64,000 nucleotides of DNA from Amphiscolops sp. MND2022. Taxonomy: Eukaryota. The DNA lies in NCBI GenBank assembly GCA_964187785.1, contig OZ076418.1, positions 25,482,001 to 25,546,000 of the forward strand, given 5' to 3'. A program made the position numbers and the translations under genes. Below are positions 59,692 through 64,000 of the stretch, piece after piece. Below the pieces are notes generated by a model. The model did not search any database. It saw nothing but the letters and a program-made list of their open reading frames with translations, and was not told the origin of the DNA. Position 1 is the stretch's first letter, and every line of letters starts with the position of its first letter.

Positions 59692-59960
59692 ACTGTACTC
59701 CGTCGCGTTTGAAATCCAAGGTATCTTTCTTCTTATGCACGTGAAGATTTGGCGGACAGCAGTCTTTGCCAAAAGTTTATACGACGCACAGGACGGATGG
59801 TCGGACAGACTTCTCCTGTCTTTCCTGATGGCACCTATCTACAAGCAAGCCACAACTAGTTTGCTGCACCATGTGCTTCGCTCAATTTCCACTTGTAATT
59901 CTACTGCTAGACGAATATCCCTGATTCGAACATTTCTTTCAGGGCCCGGCCAGATTTGAA
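59692..59960 (+). pseudogene. Continuation of element 4 cargo gene after the element 3 insertion
   Basis: GLYSVAFEIQG..MHVKIW aligns with element 1 exon 6 EYAVQFEKTL..CYVLCW and resumes right at the TSD. Confidence 0.55.
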
Positions 59961-60779
59961 GACACCTCGGTAGACAAACTGAAACATAGGCAGAGCTACT
60001 ATAGCATTCTTGGTCGCAAAGATTTTTCTCTTGGAGGCAAAGTGGAGGTAGAATGGACATTGCTGACGACCGAGATTGCAATTGTATTTATCAATTCCTA
60101 TTCTTGGCAATCTTTCATTTCACATCTAACTCCTAATTGGAGACTTAGCAATTGCCCATTTTGATGTTTGAGGCCAAAGGTGATTGAATATTACATGTTC
60201 CTGGACTGCCGACGCTCTATCAAGATTTTCTCTCCAACTGGAGACACAGGATTGAGTTCCTGAACAAACACTCGATGCCGCATTAGATACGAGGAGTTAA
60301 GCAACAAGTAAAAATTGAACTCGTGGTCCCCAGTCTACAAAGTCATAATCTTTTCAATTTAGCCTGAAAGCCTCGAATGTTCAATCACTTTCTTTCACTT
60401 GAAAGCAGTAGTGGATTAATTGTACAGATTATATATTTGTTTTCTTACACGGTGTACATTGCATAATGTAGTTTAATTTATTTATCCCTTGTGAGCCGTG
60501 AATTATTTTTCATCACTCTGCTTGTTGTATTAATACGTATAGTCTGACTCGTTCTTTTGTGTCCTATTTGGCACAGTGGTAAGAATATGCTTATATATTT
60601 ATATCAGCATGTTAAAAATAGTGTCCGAAGTCTCCTGAGTAGTTAGGATTTGGGTAGGGCGTAAATTGTATTTCCTCCTTTGGGATTTTCTACAGCTGTT
60701 TGATTTTTTTTTCGGCGTCTGAATCATCGGGTACTGTTTTATCGCTCCGCCCGGAAAATTTTTCATCATGTAAAGGGCA

Positions 60780-63700
60780 TTTAGTAGCTTCCGATGGGGG
60801 TAGTTCCAGCAGTTTCATAATCAGTACTTTGCTCTAGTCGAGTGGACCGAAGATCCGCATCAGCAGGTTTCGGGTGCTGCTGTCCAAAAGCAGTATCAGT
60901 ATCGTGCTCTACTATAGCGGACCGAAGGTCCAAGTCGGTCAAAGCTTGGCCATTATGCTCAGGGTCATCAGTATGATCCCTAGTGTAAACTGCGCTATCT
61001 GTAGGCGGTGTTGTTGGTCGTTTCAATTAGGGTGCAAGAATTCCTCAAAATCAGTTCCCAGGTGATGACGTACAGGTCATCTTGAGGTGTAATGATGTCA
61101 TCAACACGCTGTATATTTCTTTCTGGACGGTCATCTCCTAAAACCGTGTTTAGCTCATTTTTGCGGAAGCGAATTTCGTGTAACAACTGTGGTTTATTTG
61201 AGTTGGGTTTCCTAACAAAATATGATGATCGTCTATGGGTTGCAATATGAAACAGCTATCGTTAAATTCTAAATGTGCTGTATTGGTATTCAGGTGCTAA
61301 TACTAATTGTACTTTGAATAGGGTTGATTGATACATTGATAATTCTGTTCGCAGAGTCAATCAGTAGTTTTGTTCGCTTCTGAAATTGTTCTAACTCGCC
61401 GTTGGTGAAGTTTTTGGGACGAACAAGGTTTTGTTTAGCATTCGTCTATAAAAAAACTCTAAAAGGCTCACGGCGTAGAGTGACGCGGTAAGTCGTGTTA
61501 TAATTGAGTATTCCCAATGGTAGTGTTTATGCCATTGTCTCTGGTATTCCCCTGAGACCATTTCAAGTTTCGTTTTAAGACATGGATGCTTTCGTTCTAA
61601 TTTGTCAATGGTTTGTGAGTGTTTCGTTGGGGCACAATCTTTTTAGATACCTAATAATTGTGTAGTTTCAGCCAAAAACTTTGGCGTAAAGAATGTCCCG
61701 AAGTCAGTTTTCAAATTTCACTTTTGCTGTGTTTGTGGCCGACGCGTCCGTAACTAGGTAGGCAAAGACATATAAAAAGTCCATTGCGGTTATATGATTT
61801 CGTTATTCTCCGCTTCGTGGTAAGTTCGGTAGATGGTCTATCTGCATTGCGTCCTCTGGTCCTACATCCCATTCTGGTAGATTGAGAAATTCGGGCGTGA
61901 AGGACTTGTTAGGGATTCTTTTGCCTGTAATGCAAATTTCACAACCCTGAACTCATTTTCTGACACTTTTTGCAATGCCAGGTTAATAGTATTTACGTCC
62001 AAGTTCTTGTAACACTTTGAATATTCCTTGGTTTTTATTGGCTTTCCCGTGAAAACATTCGAGCAATTCGGTTAGCAGATGTTTTGGTAAACGTTTTTTT
62101 TTGTATTGGACGTTTCGTGTTTCTCACAAACATTTTTCCAGAAAAATAATGTCTTTAAAACTTTCGTCATGGATGGACAGTCGGTCCAACTGGCAAGAGT
62201 AGTGTTGGTATCTATTGAATTGTAGTATAATGATTTCGGAATGTTCTTTTTTTTCAAAATTTTGAGTCTGAGCTGCTGTAAAGTAACATTGTTGCTCCGC
62301 TCAATGGCCACAGTGTTGCTTTTTGCTAATTTTAGTGTAGTTCAAAGATTGTGATATTTGGTTTTATGTCTGCTGAAATTTTCTAATGAAATGTCTGGCT
62401 TTCAATGTCTTGGATTGTTTCGAATTTCTGTTTTCCTTTGTCCAATCTGTTCTTTGGTTTGGTCATCACCATCCGTCTAGAGAATTTGTTCCTCTCCAGT
62501 AACCTCTGCGGATTGGACTTGAAGTTCAAAAGGCGTAGTCGGGATATCTTCTGCGATTCGGAGGACTAATTACTCCTTTGGTGAGACTTCTAGTAGTGAT
62601 AGATATTCAGCAGTGGTATTGGTTTTCCCCGGAAAAGGTGCCATGGTGAAATTCAACTAGATTACGTAGTGACATGCTTTACATAGGGTAGGCAGAAAGA
62701 TTTTGTTCTGAAAAATCGCGTTACTGATTCATTGTCTGTAAGTATAATCACCGTTATAAAGGTTCGTTAGAACATTGTTCAAATTCCTTGAATGCAAACA
62801 ATATTGCCCAAATTTTTTTGGCGTATTTGGAAATTTTTACTTGAGTGGGACTGAAAGTCTTGGATGCGTAGTTCACTGGTGCAAAAGCTTCCCTTGTCGA
62901 AATGAATTTATCGAGCGGATCATCTTTAATGAGCACTGCATAAACTGCTGTCGAGGTGCTTGCGTTTGTAATCAGGGCTATCTGTTTATTCGACAGAGGT
63001 TGTTTTAGTGCTAGTTCGCAGTATCATTCAAGAGCCTTGTTTATCTCGGTGATGTTTTTCAATAGGTTCAACCTTACCGTTACTCTTTCGTCATTCTTCA
63101 GTAGTTTGAAGAATGGCATTAATTTTTTCGAGAGCCTCGGGATGAATTTTTGATAGTAATTCAAGGTTTCCAGGTATCCCAGCAGTGCCTTTTTGGATAT
63201 TAGGAATTTTGTGTTTACTGGGGCTTCAACCCATTAGTAGTGATCGTTCAGCCCTGAAAATCAATTTCAAATCTTCAAAAGCGGGCTTTGCGTATTGCAA
63301 GTTTCAGGCCAGCTCACTGGATGCATTTAATCTTTTATCTGTGGTTTCTAAAGATCTGTTCGGCATCGTTAACGACTATACATATAACGTCCTCAAGTTG
63401 TGCACATTGGTCGGCCTAGTTGAATTAGCTCGAAAAAAGCTGGTAGCTCGAAAGAGCTGATAGCGCTTTGTTGAGTCCTTGTGTTACTCTGAGGTATGCT
63501 AAAATTCTGCTGGCAAAATTAAATGCTAGCATTTCTATCGCTTGGCCAATCGCAGGCATTGGTATGCTTGAGAGCAGAACAATTTGCAAAAAAAAAGAAT
63601 TATGCTGAGTCGCATCAGTGAGAATACTGACGGGATGGTTATTCTTGATATAAACATTCAGTTTTTCTGAGATCTACTAAAAGTCCCAGTTTTTCAATAG

Positions 63701-64000
63701 ATTTCGTTTGTGCAGAATCGGACTCGTTCTTTTGGAAAATGGGAGTGTTTTTGCAATCCCATTTTGGTGTAAAAGCTCCAGATCACGGGGATGTCCTCTT
63801 TAAGGTTTATTGGCGTCGGTATATTTTGGCTGTTGGCCGGGGAATTGTCTTCTGGAGTCAATTTGACCGTAAATCTCTCAATCATGGCAATGTCGAATCG
63901 ATTCCTTGAAAAAGTAGCATGAAATTCAACTATTAGATCTTCTACGCGGTTAATTTTAGACGGTTGGAGCATCGAGTCCGTCCAGTTGAAGTTGCTGAGG
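60780..64000 (-). pseudogene. pol: Old Gypsy pol relic (element 4), same clade; 5' part runs off the window
   Basis: LIVEFHATFSRNRFDIAM..TPINLKEDI (RT N-terminus), AFAPVNYASKTFSPTQVK (RNase H) and DDIITPQDDLYVITWE (post-integrase), with many stops. Confidence 0.8.

Overview
Eukaryotic (probably invertebrate animal) repeat-dense DNA made almost entirely of nested transposable elements. I see no host gene, rRNA, tRNA or CRISPR array. Element 1 (536-16381, +) is an apparently intact, very young Ty3/Gypsy LTR retrotransposon: 2086-bp LTRs differing at 2 positions, TSD ACGAT, tRNA-Leu-type PBS, gag, -1 frameshift site and pol. Element 2 (25385-31230, +) is a decayed short-LTR Gypsy nested in an older Gypsy relic. 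Element 3 (44027-59686, -) is a decayed relative of element 1, nested in a still older relative (element 4). There is also a solo LTR (19075-21359), a BEL/Pao fragment ending in a perfect 230-bp palindrome, and Polinton/Maverick-like relics. Main discovery: between pol and the 3' LTR, elements 1, 3 and 4 carry an ANTISENSE, multi-intron gene. In element 1 it assembles by hand into 8 coding exons with phase-consistent GT-AG introns and an uninterrupted 1082-aa frame. The protein has a Cx2Cx16Hx5H zinc finger followed by what looks like a hAT DNA-transposase fold lacking its catalytic motifs, and homologous intron positions are shared between elements. This suggests a retrotransposon clade that has domesticated a DNA-transposon-derived gene as spliced cargo. 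All homology calls are by eye and need HMM or structure confirmation.
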